NCBI GenBank assembly: GCA_963807455.1
Contig: CAWECS010000005.1
Location: 63,146 to 127,145 of the forward strand
From: an uncultured Gammaproteobacteria bacterium
GTDB lineage: Bacteria > Pseudomonadota > Gammaproteobacteria > JAADHQ01
Direction: 5' to 3'
DNA: 64,000 nucleotides
Under the pieces are notes generated by a model that was not told the DNA's origin, made no database searches, and saw nothing but the letters and a program-made list of their open reading frames with translations. Each line of letters opens with the position of its first letter. Positions within the stretch are counted from its first letter, which is position 1. Position numbers and translations under genes: made by a program. Positions 23,541-31,747 of the stretch are shown here, piece after piece.

Positions 23541-23849
23541 ATGTCCTATTACAAATACCATGTTTTTTTCTGTACTAATCAACGCGATGACGGCCGGGCC
23601 TGTTGTCAGGATTTTGATGCGCTTGATATGCGCCAGTATCTAAAAACAGCGGTCAAAGAATCTGGTTTGTCAGGCCCTGGCGGAGTTCGGGTTAATACTG
23701 CCGGATGCCTGGATCGATGTGAGCTGGGCCCAGTCATCGTCGTCTACCCCGATGATATCTGGTATACCTATGTGGATAAGCAGGACCTTGATGAGATTCT
23801 TTCAGAGCATCTAAAAAAGGATCATGTGGTGGAGAGGTTGTTGATTTAA
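23541..23849 (+). CDS. Thioredoxin-like [2Fe-2S] ferredoxin family protein
   Basis: ..YKYHVFFCTNQR..GRACC..TAGCLDRCELGPVIVVYPD.. is the Cys pattern of thioredoxin-like 2Fe-2S ferredoxins. ATG at 23541; the ORF track begins at a TTG at 23520. Confidence 0.75.
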   Translation: MSYYKYHVFFCTNQRDDGRACCQDFDALDMRQYLKTAVKESGLSGPGGVRVNTAGCLDRCELGPVIVVYPDDIWYTYVDKQDLDEILSEHLKKDHVVERLLI

Positions 23850-23924
23850 CTATAAGGGACGAGGTGCTAGAAAAGTCAAAAGATTCTCTTGACAAGTTAT
23901 TCAGGGTAGAGGATCATCCTGGCA

Positions 23925-24008
23925 TAGTCCCTAGTCCCTAGTCCCTAGTCCCTAGTCCCTAGTCCCTAGTCCCTAGTCCCTAGTCCCTAGTCCCTAGTCC
24001 CTAGTCCC
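23925..24008. repeat. Perfect heptanucleotide microsatellite (TAGTCCC)x12, which reads (GGGACTA)x12 on the minus strand
   Basis: Twelve uninterrupted 7-nt units lie between the ferredoxin stop (23849) and the anti-sigma stop (24008). The anti-sigma TAG stop sits inside the first unit on the minus strand. Confidence 0.95.
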
Positions 24009-24745
24009 TATATCTTAATATACGACCAACCTTCCTGTTGTTTTTTCATGACCTCGCCCAGTGCTGAGGGTACGGTGACCGTTTCAGGTAACATAATGAC
24101 CTTCTTGCCGGTTTGTCGCTGAACGCGTTTAATTGCATTTTGACAAGCCATGAACGTCAGATTTTGATAGCGTTGCTGGAGCACTTTAATTCTTTCACCA
24201 AAAGGGGTGTGTTTTGCCTGTAGTAGTTTGAGCCCTTTACCATTAGTGAGAATATCCAGTTTTACTTTCTTACCCATGTTTTCATATTGACTGAGAAAAT
24301 TTTCAGTTTCATCCAGAACAGTTTGCAGTTTGGATTGATTGTCAGTGGTGACATGCAGCATGAGTTTTATTTCATCGGCATGGCTTGTTGTTGCCGATTT
24401 TATTTGCATGGCTTCTGCAATATCAAGCAGGCTGTTTGCTTGCTGACTGTGTAAATGCAGGCTCCAGCCAAGCGCCACACCAAGAGACAAAATAATACTG
24501 GCGGCAAAGGCCATTCTGGATTTTTTTGCAAATACAGATCGGCCTAGTTGGCTTCCTTCAGGCGGGAGTTTTTCATGATAAGCATAGCGCACCATCTCAC
24601 GTATTTTTTGCAAGTCAGTTATACGACTATCCAGCTCAGGATTGTAGCGTAGTTCATCAAGCAATCGACCTGTCTCTTTCTTATCGAGTTCGCCGTCGAT
24701 GTAGGCATTCAGGTATTCATCTGAATAGTGATCATTATTGTTCAT
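24008..24745 (-). CDS. Anti-sigma factor (single-pass membrane protein, RseA/ChrR-like N-terminal anti-sigma domain)
   Basis: 245 aa. The N-terminal ..SDEYLNAYIDGELD.. motif is typical of anti-sigma N-domains. It has one TM helix (AFAASIILSLGVALGW). The start overlaps the stop of the ECF sigma gene by 4 nt. Confidence 0.75.
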   Translation of the reverse strand: MNNNDHYSDEYLNAYIDGELDKKETGRLLDELRYNPELDSRITDLQKIREMVRYAYHEKLPPEGSQLGRSVFAKKSRMAFAASIILSLGVALGWSLHLHSQQANSLLDIAEAMQIKSATTSHADEIKLMLHVTTDNQSKLQTVLDETENFLSQYENMGKKVKLDILTNGKGLKLLQAKHTPFGERIKVLQQRYQNLTFMACQNAIKRVQRQTGKKVIMLPETVTVPSALGEVMKKQQEGWSYIKI

Positions 24746-25296
24746 TTCACTCTCCTGAGAAATGGTATTTGATCATCCATGGTCTGGGTTTTCAGGTTTA
24801 AAAGTTGTTGGGTTAAAGATTTGCGGGCACGACAGAGTCGGCTCATGACAGTACCTATCGGTGTTTGTAAAATTTCTGCGACTTCAGCGTAACTGAAACC
24901 TTCCAGGTCAACCAATGTTAGCGTCTGTCGTTGTCCTATCGGCAGTCCAGCGACAGCATTCAGTATCGAGTCGGTAATATATTGACGGTGGTATTGTGAC
25001 TCTGGAGTTTCATCAACAGTAAACACACAGTCTTCAATATCTTCATGTTCGCGATTGCGACGAAAATGATCGCGCCAGCAATTGGCGAGAATGCCATACA
25101 GCCAGCAATTCAATGCTTCAGGATTTTTCAGGCTGGAATATTTTTTTAATGCCTTGGTCATGGTTTCCTGGGTTAAGTCATCACTCAGCGCTTCATCGTG
25201 GCACCAGGAGTAAGCAATACGGTATAGCCTGTTTCTCTGTGCAGCAATTCTGCCTTTCATTTCCCGGTCTTTACAAAAATGCGTTAATGGGTTCAT
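24742..25296 (-). CDS. ECF (RpoE-like) RNA polymerase sigma-70 factor
   Basis: 184 aa with sigma-70 region 2 (..LSDDLTQETMTKALKK..) and region 4 (..LTLVDLEGFSYAEVAEILQTPIGTVMSRLCRAR..). It is translationally coupled to the anti-sigma gene. Confidence 0.85.
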   Translation of the reverse strand: MNPLTHFCKDREMKGRIAAQRNRLYRIAYSWCHDEALSDDLTQETMTKALKKYSSLKNPEALNCWLYGILANCWRDHFRRNREHEDIEDCVFTVDETPESQYHRQYITDSILNAVAGLPIGQRQTLTLVDLEGFSYAEVAEILQTPIGTVMSRLCRARKSLTQQLLNLKTQTMDDQIPFLRRVK

Positions 25297-25345
25297 ATGG
25301 TTGCCTGTTTATTATTATGCGCTGTGATATTAATACACATGATAC

Positions 25346-25374
25346 TAGGACGTTGTAGCGATGGGAAATATTCC
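25346..25374 (-). promoter_or_regulatory. Candidate ECF-type promoter (GGAATA-N17-GTCCTA) for the sigma/anti-sigma operon
   Basis: On the minus strand, GGAATA (complement of 25369-25374), a 17-nt spacer and GTCCTA (complement of 25346-25351). The -10 lies about 50 nt upstream of the sigma start and resembles RpoE-type GGAAC-N16/17-GTCTAA promoters. Confidence 0.45.
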
Positions 25375-25442
25375 ATAATAATAAAACATAAGAAGGTTAT
25401 AAATTAATAAAAATCTAATATGTAATTTATTTGCAATTAGCT

Positions 25443-25470
25443 GGAATAAATTGCATCTTACCTACGTCTA
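25443..25470 (+). promoter_or_regulatory. Candidate ECF-type promoter (GGAATA-N17-GTCTA) reading toward the DsrE-like gene
   Basis: GGAATA 25443-25448, a 17-nt spacer and GTCTA 25466-25470. It has the same architecture as the divergent element at 25346-25374 and sits about 100 nt upstream of the 25568 ATG. Confidence 0.4.
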
Positions 25471-25567
25471 GAATGTTATGACATGCTCATAGTATTCAGG
25501 TTCCATAGACCAGTATTAGAGAATGATTCATAAAAAAACTGTATAACAAGACCCAGGAGTCAGCACT

Positions 25568-26011
25568 ATGAAAAAACCAATGCTGAAGTTGGCCGCCATA
25601 CTGGTAGCAGCTTCTCTTTCCATGGGAGCGTTTGTTGCCCAGGCAGCCAAACCTTTCGCAAAATATAAAGTCGTATTGCAAATCAGTGATCCCAATCCCT
25701 TCAAGCAAACGCTGGTACTGAATGTTGCCAGTAATCTTGTCAAGCATTATGGTGAAGATGATGTGGATGTTGAGATCGTAGCCTTTGGACCAGGCCTGCG
25801 TTTGTTGATGGACGGTAACGCCAATGCAGGACGTATCGATGGATTGGCAGAAAAAGGTGTTAGATTCAGCGCCTGTTCCAATACTATTCGTAATTTCGGT
25901 AAAAAACTCGGCGCACCACCCAAGCTGGATAAACATGCTACAAAAGTCAGTGCCGGTGTAGTTCAGATTATTGATCTGGTGAAACAGGGTTTTATCCTGG
26001 TCAAACCATAA
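25568..26011 (+). CDS. Secreted DsrE/DsrF-like family protein
   Basis: 147 aa with a signal peptide (MKKPMLKLAAILVAASLSMGAFVAQA). The mature part has the DsrE-like fold pattern (..KVVLQISDPNP..VEIVAFGPGL..FSACSNTIRN..). AGGAG Shine-Dalgarno. Confidence 0.55.
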   Translation: MKKPMLKLAAILVAASLSMGAFVAQAAKPFAKYKVVLQISDPNPFKQTLVLNVASNLVKHYGEDDVDVEIVAFGPGLRLLMDGNANAGRIDGLAEKGVRFSACSNTIRNFGKKLGAPPKLDKHATKVSAGVVQIIDLVKQGFILVKP

Positions 26012-26070
26012 AAAATAATTCATAGATTTAAATACCAAGCATAAAATTTCTTATGTCTGAGGAGATAATA

Positions 26071-27445
26071 ATGAGAGCAATTTTCAAGAAAACGATGCTG
26101 GCTGCATCGTGTGCTGCTGCAATTGGCGGCATCAATACTACAGTACAGGCTGCCGACTGGTTATCAATACAGGGCACCGAGGCTCATGGTACAGCGGGTC
26201 GCGCCAAGGTATGGGGGTTTATCCAGGCGCAGTATCAGAGTGATAACAGTGCAGCCAAATGGCGCTGGCACATATGTGCCACCCAAGTTGATTGGACCTG
26301 ATCTTGACTCGCAGGATGCATTTAATGTTAACCGTGCACGTATTGGCGTGCGTGGAACTGGTATGCCAATCGATCCTAACGTGAACTATTTCTTCCTGGT
26401 TGAGTTTGGTAATAATGCCATTACCAATCCAGGTAGCGGATTTGCCAAGGTGACCGATGCCAGTATTACCTTGAACCATTTGAAAGAATATGCGCGTGTT
26501 CGTGCAGGTCAGTTCAAGATCCCGATGGCTGAAGAGGTCTATCAGGGTATTGCCTTGATTGACTATGTAAACTTTACTGCATGGTGTTAACCAGATGTTG
26601 CTGGAGCGTGTTCCTAACAGAGCATACACTGGTAACGTTGCTCCGCAGCCAATAGCATCTACAACTTCATTAAATGCCTTTAACCAGTCAATTGATGCTG
26701 CACGTGATGTCGGTGTGCAGGTGTTTAATACCTTCAAAGTAGCGCCAAGCTGGGAAGCCAGTTACTCATTTATGGTTGGTAATGGTAACGGTATCAACAG
26801 TTCGGACAATGATAACGCAAAAGATTATCATCTGTATTTTTCTACCGCCAAAGTGTTTAAAGGTACAGGTCCAAGACGCCAGGACTGGAAAACTTTTGCC
26901 TGGTATACCAAAGGTGATCGTCATCTTGATGGTAACAATGATGGTGTAACTGAAGAATATGACCGTAAACGCTATGGTGTCGGTACCCGTTACCTCAAAC
27001 TACCTTTCCGCGTAGCGGTTGAGTGGATCAAGGCCAAAGGCGTTATTTTCCAGGGTCCGGATAAACCAAGCTTTGGGTTGTTGCCGTCCTTCCATAGGTA
27101 ATCCTACAACATCCTGCTAATGGATTGAATGATAATGCGGAAGCCAGTCAGTGGTCATATTGATGTTGGATATTATATTCCCAATACAAAATGGGAGCTG
27201 GATCTGCGCTATGCTGATTACACCCGTATGGAAGACTCTAATTGGTGCGTTCGTCAATTTGCACCTGAAGAGAATTCACGGTACTTGGGTGTTCAGTATC
27301 ACTTCAACAAGAAAACACGTTTGACTGTCAACGTCACTGACCGTGAGGTCGAAGCTCACTGCATTCGCTGCAGGTGCAGGTGCCAAATGGAAATCTGGAT
27401 GGTATTGATAAGCGTTATGCAGTACAGCTGACGCATATCTTCTAA
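26071..27445 (+). pseudogene. Outer-membrane porin (phosphate-selective OprO/OprP-like) disrupted by 6 or more frameshifts and in-frame stops
   Basis: A signal peptide (MRAIFKKTMLAASCAAAIGGINTTVQA) begins at 26071 after a GAGGAG Shine-Dalgarno. Porin-like segments continue in frame 2 (26300-26590: ..NRARIGVRGTG..QFKIPMAEE..), frame 3 (26595-27101) and other frames. A C-terminal ..YAVQLTHIF* ends at 27445 with the terminal Phe typical of OMP beta-barrels. No single frame is open. Confidence 0.5.
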
Positions 27446-27484
27446 GTGATCTCTTAGCAAGATTGTGACATGTAATGGTAGTAC

Positions 27485-27517
27485 AAACCCCGGCTTGTCC
27501 GGGGTTTGTTTTTTCAA
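27485..27517 (+). terminator. Rho-independent terminator after the porin pseudogene
   Basis: ACAAACCCCGG pairs with CCGGGGTTTGT around the loop CTTGT, followed by TTTTTTC. Confidence 0.7.
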
Positions 27518-27548
27518 AGAAGAAAATTATTGAGGTTGGAAATGAAGC

Positions 27549-28054
27549 ATGAAAAACTGTCTAACTGCTAGCATGCTTGCTATATTGCAAGCCTGTCGGG
27601 TCTTCCAATGTTAAGGATAGCAAGCCGCAAATGTAACATCTGATCCAGCTGGCGCAAGCGTTTATGCGAATGGGGCCAAGTTGGGAGTGACGCCATTACG
27701 GGCATAATTTGTTCAAGGCATTTCCTGCGGGATGGAATAACTGGGTGCTGAGTGCGCAAGGAGTACTGATGGTCAAGAAATCAGGCTGCGAGGATTTCAT
27801 GCTCAAAGTCAATGACGCCATTATTAGCCAGCCAATTCATGCGAAGTTGAATTGTGACAAAGCAGCCGCCACTGCCAAGCAAGAAGCGGATACCCAGGTT
27901 ACAGCCAGCTGCCAGCACGGCAGTCAGCCCTGCATCGCCCAAAGCCAGCCAGACTGAGGAACGTTTGAGTGAATTAAAGGAGCTGTATGAAAAAGGCGTG
28001 ATCACAAAGCAGGAATATGCCGCCACCCGGAAAAGGATACTGAATGAGCTGTAA
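27549..28054 (+). pseudogene. Lipoprotein with PEGA-like and C-terminal SHOCT domains, disrupted by several frameshifts
   Basis: A lipoprotein signal with lipobox (MKNCLTASMLAILQAC) runs into a stop after 21 codons. A PEGA-like segment (SDPAGASVYANGAKLGVTPL) and ..KKSGCEDFMLKVND.. lie in other frames. The last 66 codons (27854-28054) are an intact SHOCT motif (LSELKELYEKGVITKQEYAATRKRIL). Confidence 0.4.
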
Positions 28055-28094
28055 CGAGTTTACATACTGATATTGAAGTTCACCTAGTTTAATC

Positions 28095-28120
28095 AGGCCG
28101 ACATCGTCGGCCTTTTTTTG
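28095..28120 (+). terminator. Rho-independent terminator
   Basis: AGGCCGAC, loop ATC, GTCGGCCT, then T7. Confidence 0.75.
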
Positions 28121-28386
28121 TGTACAAAGATTGCCCCCATTAGCCCCCATTATATTAAGCAAGATGCTAATCTTGGCTTCAGCTTACAGTCAGGAATGGT
28201 TTAGATAAGCATGTTGGATATCAATAACATTAATATAAAAGGGGTTAATGTTTCTATCATTGATTAAACTTTTTCGATTTCAGGGTTGACAGCAACGCAA
28301 GAATATTAGAAAATTATTACATACTGATTCATCTGATTTATAAATCATGTGAATCTGACTCCTCCATCCTCCTTTGGTGGATATTT

Positions 28387-28420
28387 AAGCACAGCTCCTA
28401 CCTTTGCTGTGCTTTTTTTT
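28387..28420 (+). terminator. Terminator-like hairpin in the rplM upstream region (end of a candidate small RNA or leader)
   Basis: AAGCACAGC, a 10-nt loop, GCTGTGCTT, then T8, about 140 nt upstream of rplM. Confidence 0.5.
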
Positions 28421-28557
28421 GCCTGAAATTGATGATGTCTGTCTGCGGGCATGATTTATCCTGAAATTCGAACAATAATGCTTGAATAACAGACCTTTCT
28501 TATGTAACATTTCCGGCTCGCTAGACCATTGGTTTATATTTTTCGGAGCAGGATTCA

Positions 28558-28986
28558 ATGAGAACCTTTAGTGCAAAACCGGCCGAAGTGACACGTGACT
28601 GGTATATTATCGATGCCGAGGGCAAGACCCTGGGTCGTATGGCTACAGAAATCGCGCGTCGTTTACGCGGTAAACATAAAGCGGAATATACCCCGCACGT
28701 CGATACGGGCGACTATATCGTTGTCATCAATGCTGAAAAGATCCATGTCAGTGGTAATAAAATGAAGCAAAAGCTTTATCAGCATCATACAGGGTATATT
28801 GGTAACCTGAAAACCATCAGCCTGGAAAAATTACTGGTAAAATCACCTACTGCGGCTGTTGAAAAAGCCGTTAAGGGTATGTTGCCTAAAAATCCATTGG
28901 GCAGGGCGATGTTCAGGAAGCTTAAAGTCTTTGCTGGTGGAGAGCATACACATGCCGCTCAGCAGCCCAAGCAGCTTGAAATCTAG
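28558..28986 (+). CDS. rplM: 50S ribosomal protein L13
   Basis: 142 aa, [27 protein letters not shown].. Confidence 0.96.
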   Translation: MRTFSAKPAEVTRDWYIIDAEGKTLGRMATEIARRLRGKHKAEYTPHVDTGDYIVVINAEKIHVSGNKMKQKLYQHHTGYIGNLKTISLEKLLVKSPTAAVEKAVKGMLPKNPLGRAMFRKLKVFAGGEHTHAAQQPKQLEI

Positions 28987-29028
28987 CATCAGAACCAATT
29001 ATTTAATGGCATAAATCTGGAATAAATT

Positions 29029-29424
29029 ATGGCAGCAACAGAACAATATACCGCCACCGGGCGACGCAAGACCTCAACAGCACGTGTATATCTCCGTCCT
29101 GGGAAGGGTGACATCAAGATTAACAAACTCAGTCTCGAGCAGTATTTCGGTCGTGAAACAGCACGCATGCTGGTTCGTCAGCCGCTGGAACTGGTTGAGG
29201 CAACGGACAAGTTTGATGTTTATGTCAATGTATCTGGTGGTGGAAACAGTGGCCAGGCCGGCGCTATTCGCCATGGCATCACGCGTGCACTGATGGAATA
29301 TGATGAAACCCTGCGGCCTGCGTTACGCAAAGCTGGTTTCGTAACACGTGATGCCCGTAAGGTTGAGCGTAAGAAGGTTGGCCTGCACAAAGCACGTAAA
29401 GCTCCTCAGTACTCGAAACGATAA
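29029..29424 (+). CDS. rpsI: 30S ribosomal protein S9
   Basis: 131 aa ending ..KAPQYSKR. Confidence 0.96.
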   Translation: MAATEQYTATGRRKTSTARVYLRPGKGDIKINKLSLEQYFGRETARMLVRQPLELVEATDKFDVYVNVSGGGNSGQAGAIRHGITRALMEYDETLRPALRKAGFVTRDARKVERKKVGLHKARKAPQYSKR

Positions 29425-29489
29425 AAGTATTTCGAGTAGTAGCTGGTAGCGAGGGGCTAGTGGCTAGGTTAAATTAAGGAGGAAAGCGC

Positions 29490-29872
29490 ATGGATGCATT
29501 AGAGAATCTGGAAGTTTGGAAAAGAGCATGTAGACTTTCGGTGAGCATTTATCAAGTTTTTGCAGATAGTAAACAGTATGCTTTTAAGGATCAGATTACA
29601 CGTTCTGCTTTTTCAATTCCGTCGAATATCGCTGAAGGGTATGAAAGGGGTAGGTCATTACAGAATCCAGTTTTTAAATAATTGCTAAAGGTTCCTGCGG
29701 CGAACTTTGGACTCAATTAATGATCGGTAGAGCAGCAGGCTTGATTGATGCTGAAACGAGTAAAGAGCTGGAAAATGAAGCCAGGGAAATTTCAAAAATG
29801 CTTTATGGCTTAATGAAGTATTATAATGAAATTCAAGAAAAACTGGTTCCTAGCAAAAACCTAGTCTACTAG
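29490..29872 (+). pseudogene. Four-helix-bundle protein (23S rRNA intervening-sequence protein family, TIGR02436-like) with two +1 frameshifts
   Basis: Frame A reads [43 protein letters not shown], then stops. The family consensus continues as ..QFL.. in the +1 frame and as IIAKGSCGELWTQLMIGRAAGLIDAETSKELENEAREISKMLYGLMKY.. in the +2 frame, ending at 29872. AAGGAGG Shine-Dalgarno upstream. Confidence 0.6.
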
Positions 29873-29902
29873 TCCCTCGGTCACCTCGCTACTGTTATTT
29901 AT

Positions 29903-29976
29903 TGGGGAATCGTCTAACGGCAGGACAGAGGACTCTGACTCCTCTAATCAAGGTTCGAATCCTTGTTCCCCAGCCA
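29903..29976 (+). tRNA. tRNA-Gln (anticodon CUG)
   Basis: 74 nt. 7-bp acceptor stem TGGGGAA/TTCCCCA, D-arm GTCT..GGAC, anticodon stem GAGGA/TCCTC with loop CTCTGAC (anticodon CTG), T-arm CAAGG-TTCGAAT-CCTTG, discriminator G and an encoded CCA. Very similar to E. coli tRNA-Gln. Confidence 0.9.
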
Positions 29977-29987
29977 AAAAATAATAA

Positions 29988-30010
29988 CCCGCTTAGGCGG
30001 GTTTTATTTT
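29988..30010 (+). terminator. Terminator after tRNA-Gln
   Basis: CCCGC, loop TTAG, GCGGG, then TTTTATTTT. Confidence 0.7.
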
Positions 30011-30030
30011 GCTGGCGAACAGCGGAGCTT

Positions 30031-30066
30031 GCGGTTGCTCCTGCGCATCCATGCGCCCGCAACCGA
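30031..30066. repeat. REP-like palindromic element, copy A (inverted relative to copies B and C)
   Basis: GCGGTTGCTCCTGCGCATCCATGCGCCCGCAACCGA. Its reverse complement shares the core GCGGGCGCA(T/C)GGATGCGCAGGAGC with copies at 32803 and 32896. It is internally palindromic (GCGCAT..ATGCGC). Confidence 0.7.
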
Positions 30067-30412
30067 AGTGCCATTCCTTAGAGAAAGTTATAAACGGCAA
30101 TAAGCGCTTCCGAGTGCCCCTTATCAAAATACCGCTTAACGATAGTTAAATATCAACGATGAATGAAAATGGTAATGCAGGTGCGCTGGGCGCTGGGTGT
30201 ACCCATAATTGTTTATATTATTCTTCCAGACTGGGTGTTTAATAGTATTCAAGATCGTCTAGTAATTCATTCCCATATAGTCTGATACTTAGCAAGGCGC
30301 CATTTTATTAGCATTAGAATGTGGCGCAACATTCTGATTTTAATGCCATATTATATAATGTTGTAAATATGATACAGCTATTATAGGTGTGTCGTTTTTT
30401 TGAATAAAAATG

Positions 30413-30440
30413 TTGCATTTTTCTTTTTTGTTGCTATAGT
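30413..30440 (+). promoter_or_regulatory. sigma70-type promoter of porin copy 1 (TTGCAT-N16-TATAGT)
   Basis: TTGCAT 30413-30418 and TATAGT 30435-30440, about 50 nt upstream of the ATG. The same architecture occurs upstream of copy 2. Confidence 0.55.
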
Positions 30441-30489
30441 TCATGGCGTGTTTACAAATATAACTAAATTATTTAGAGGAATTCCTTAG

Positions 30490-31473
30490 ATGAATAAAAA
30501 ATTACTTGCTATTGCGGTGGGTGCAGCATTCAGTGCCGCTCCTATGTTTGCTTCTGCTGAAGTGACTGTTTATGGTCATGCTCAGGTTGAAGTGGGAACT
30601 GTTGATAATGGTACAACTGATACAAACAGTCGTTGAAGATAACGCTCGTGGACGTATTGGTTTCAAGGCTTCTGAAAAGCTGGGTAATGGTATGACAGCT
30701 ATCGCCAAGTACGAATTCCGTACTGATACTGCTGATAACGTTCGTACAGCAGATGGTGGTCCACTGACTGCACGTGAAGCCTTTGTTGGTTTGAAAGGTG
30801 GTTTCGGTACTGTTCAACTGGGTAACTTGAAGTCAGCTTATAAATACAACGGTGGTGTTAAGTATGACCCCTTCGTTGCTACATTGATTGAAGCTCGTGG
30901 CGCTAACGGTATGTCTAAAGGTGACTGGTAGGTGCATTTGGTCACAATGGTTTCCTCGCTAACAGTATTGGTTACATGTCGCCGAAGATCGGTGGTGGTT
31001 TCACTGGTTGGGCTACTTTCAGCCCTGATGAAGCTGGAGCAGGATAATGGTGCCGATGGCGACTATAGCTTTGGTCTGAAGTTTGCTCAAAAAGCCTGGG
31101 AAGTATTTGTTGCTGGTGTTAACAATGATGACGCTGCAAGTTACGAATGCAATCAAATTTGGTGGTATGTACAAATTTGGTAACTTCAAGGTTACTGGTC
31201 AGTACGAAATGGTGAGCTTCAATACTGGCTGCTACGCAGATACTGATGTTTATTTCATCGGTGGACAGGCCAAGTTTGGTAATAATGTATTGGTTGCGCA
31301 GTTCGGTAATTCAAGGATACAGACGGACGGCTGCTGATCTTGATTACTTCACTATCGGTGTCATTCATAATCTGTCCAAGAAAACACGTCTGACAGCTGG
31401 TTTCCGTAGCTACGATACTAGTGCTACAGCTGAAACTGATACATTTGCTGTTGGCATGCGTATGAAGTTCTAA
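30490..31473 (+). pseudogene. Outer-membrane general porin (Gram-negative/Neisseria-type porin family), tandem copy 1, disrupted by 5 or more frameshifts
   Basis: Starts MNKKLLAIAVGAAFSAAPMFASAEVTVYGHAQVEVGTVDNG (signal peptide) and ends ..AVGMRMKF*. Paralogous to 31748-32727 along its full length, but the reading frame changes near 30630, 30930, 31050, 31140 and 31320. Confidence 0.7.
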
Positions 31474-31499
31474 TAAAAACTATTAAAGTTGTATAGTTT

Positions 31500-31528
31500 G
31501 AACGGGGCCTTATGGACCCCGTTTTTTA
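31500..31528 (+). terminator. Rho-independent terminator after porin copy 1
   Basis: AACGGGGCC, loop TTATG, GACCCCGTT, then TTTTATT. Confidence 0.75.
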
Positions 31529-31677
31529 TTGTCGTAAATTTGATAATACTTAGCACTTGTTAATGAATACTTGCTTATTTTTGACGATAAGCCAGATACG
31601 AAAACCTAACAATAATCTATATTTAATAAACATTTACATGTGTGGATAATATCATTGTTGTTTTATTACAAAGATTG

Positions 31678-31705
31678 TTGCAATAAAACAGAATGTTGCT
31701 ATAGT
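31678..31705 (+). promoter_or_regulatory. sigma70-type promoter of porin copy 2 (TTGCAA-N16-TATAGT)
   Basis: TTGCAA 31678-31683 and TATAGT 31700-31705. The motif ...TGTTGCTATAGT.AT is shared with copy 1. Confidence 0.55.
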
Positions 31706-31747
31706 CATCCATGTTAATGGATATCTATTACTTGAGGAATCAATCAA

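Noticed and set aside
23925-24008. Considered whether the heptamer array could be a CRISPR array
   Set aside because: The units are 7 nt with no spacers. This is a simple microsatellite, and no cas genes were seen in the window.
25323-25339. CRP-like site TGTGATATTAATACACA just upstream of the ECF sigma gene
   Set aside because: The right half-site is TACAC rather than TCACA (2 mismatches), and there is only one occurrence. It is mentioned only as a weak possibility under the ECF finding.
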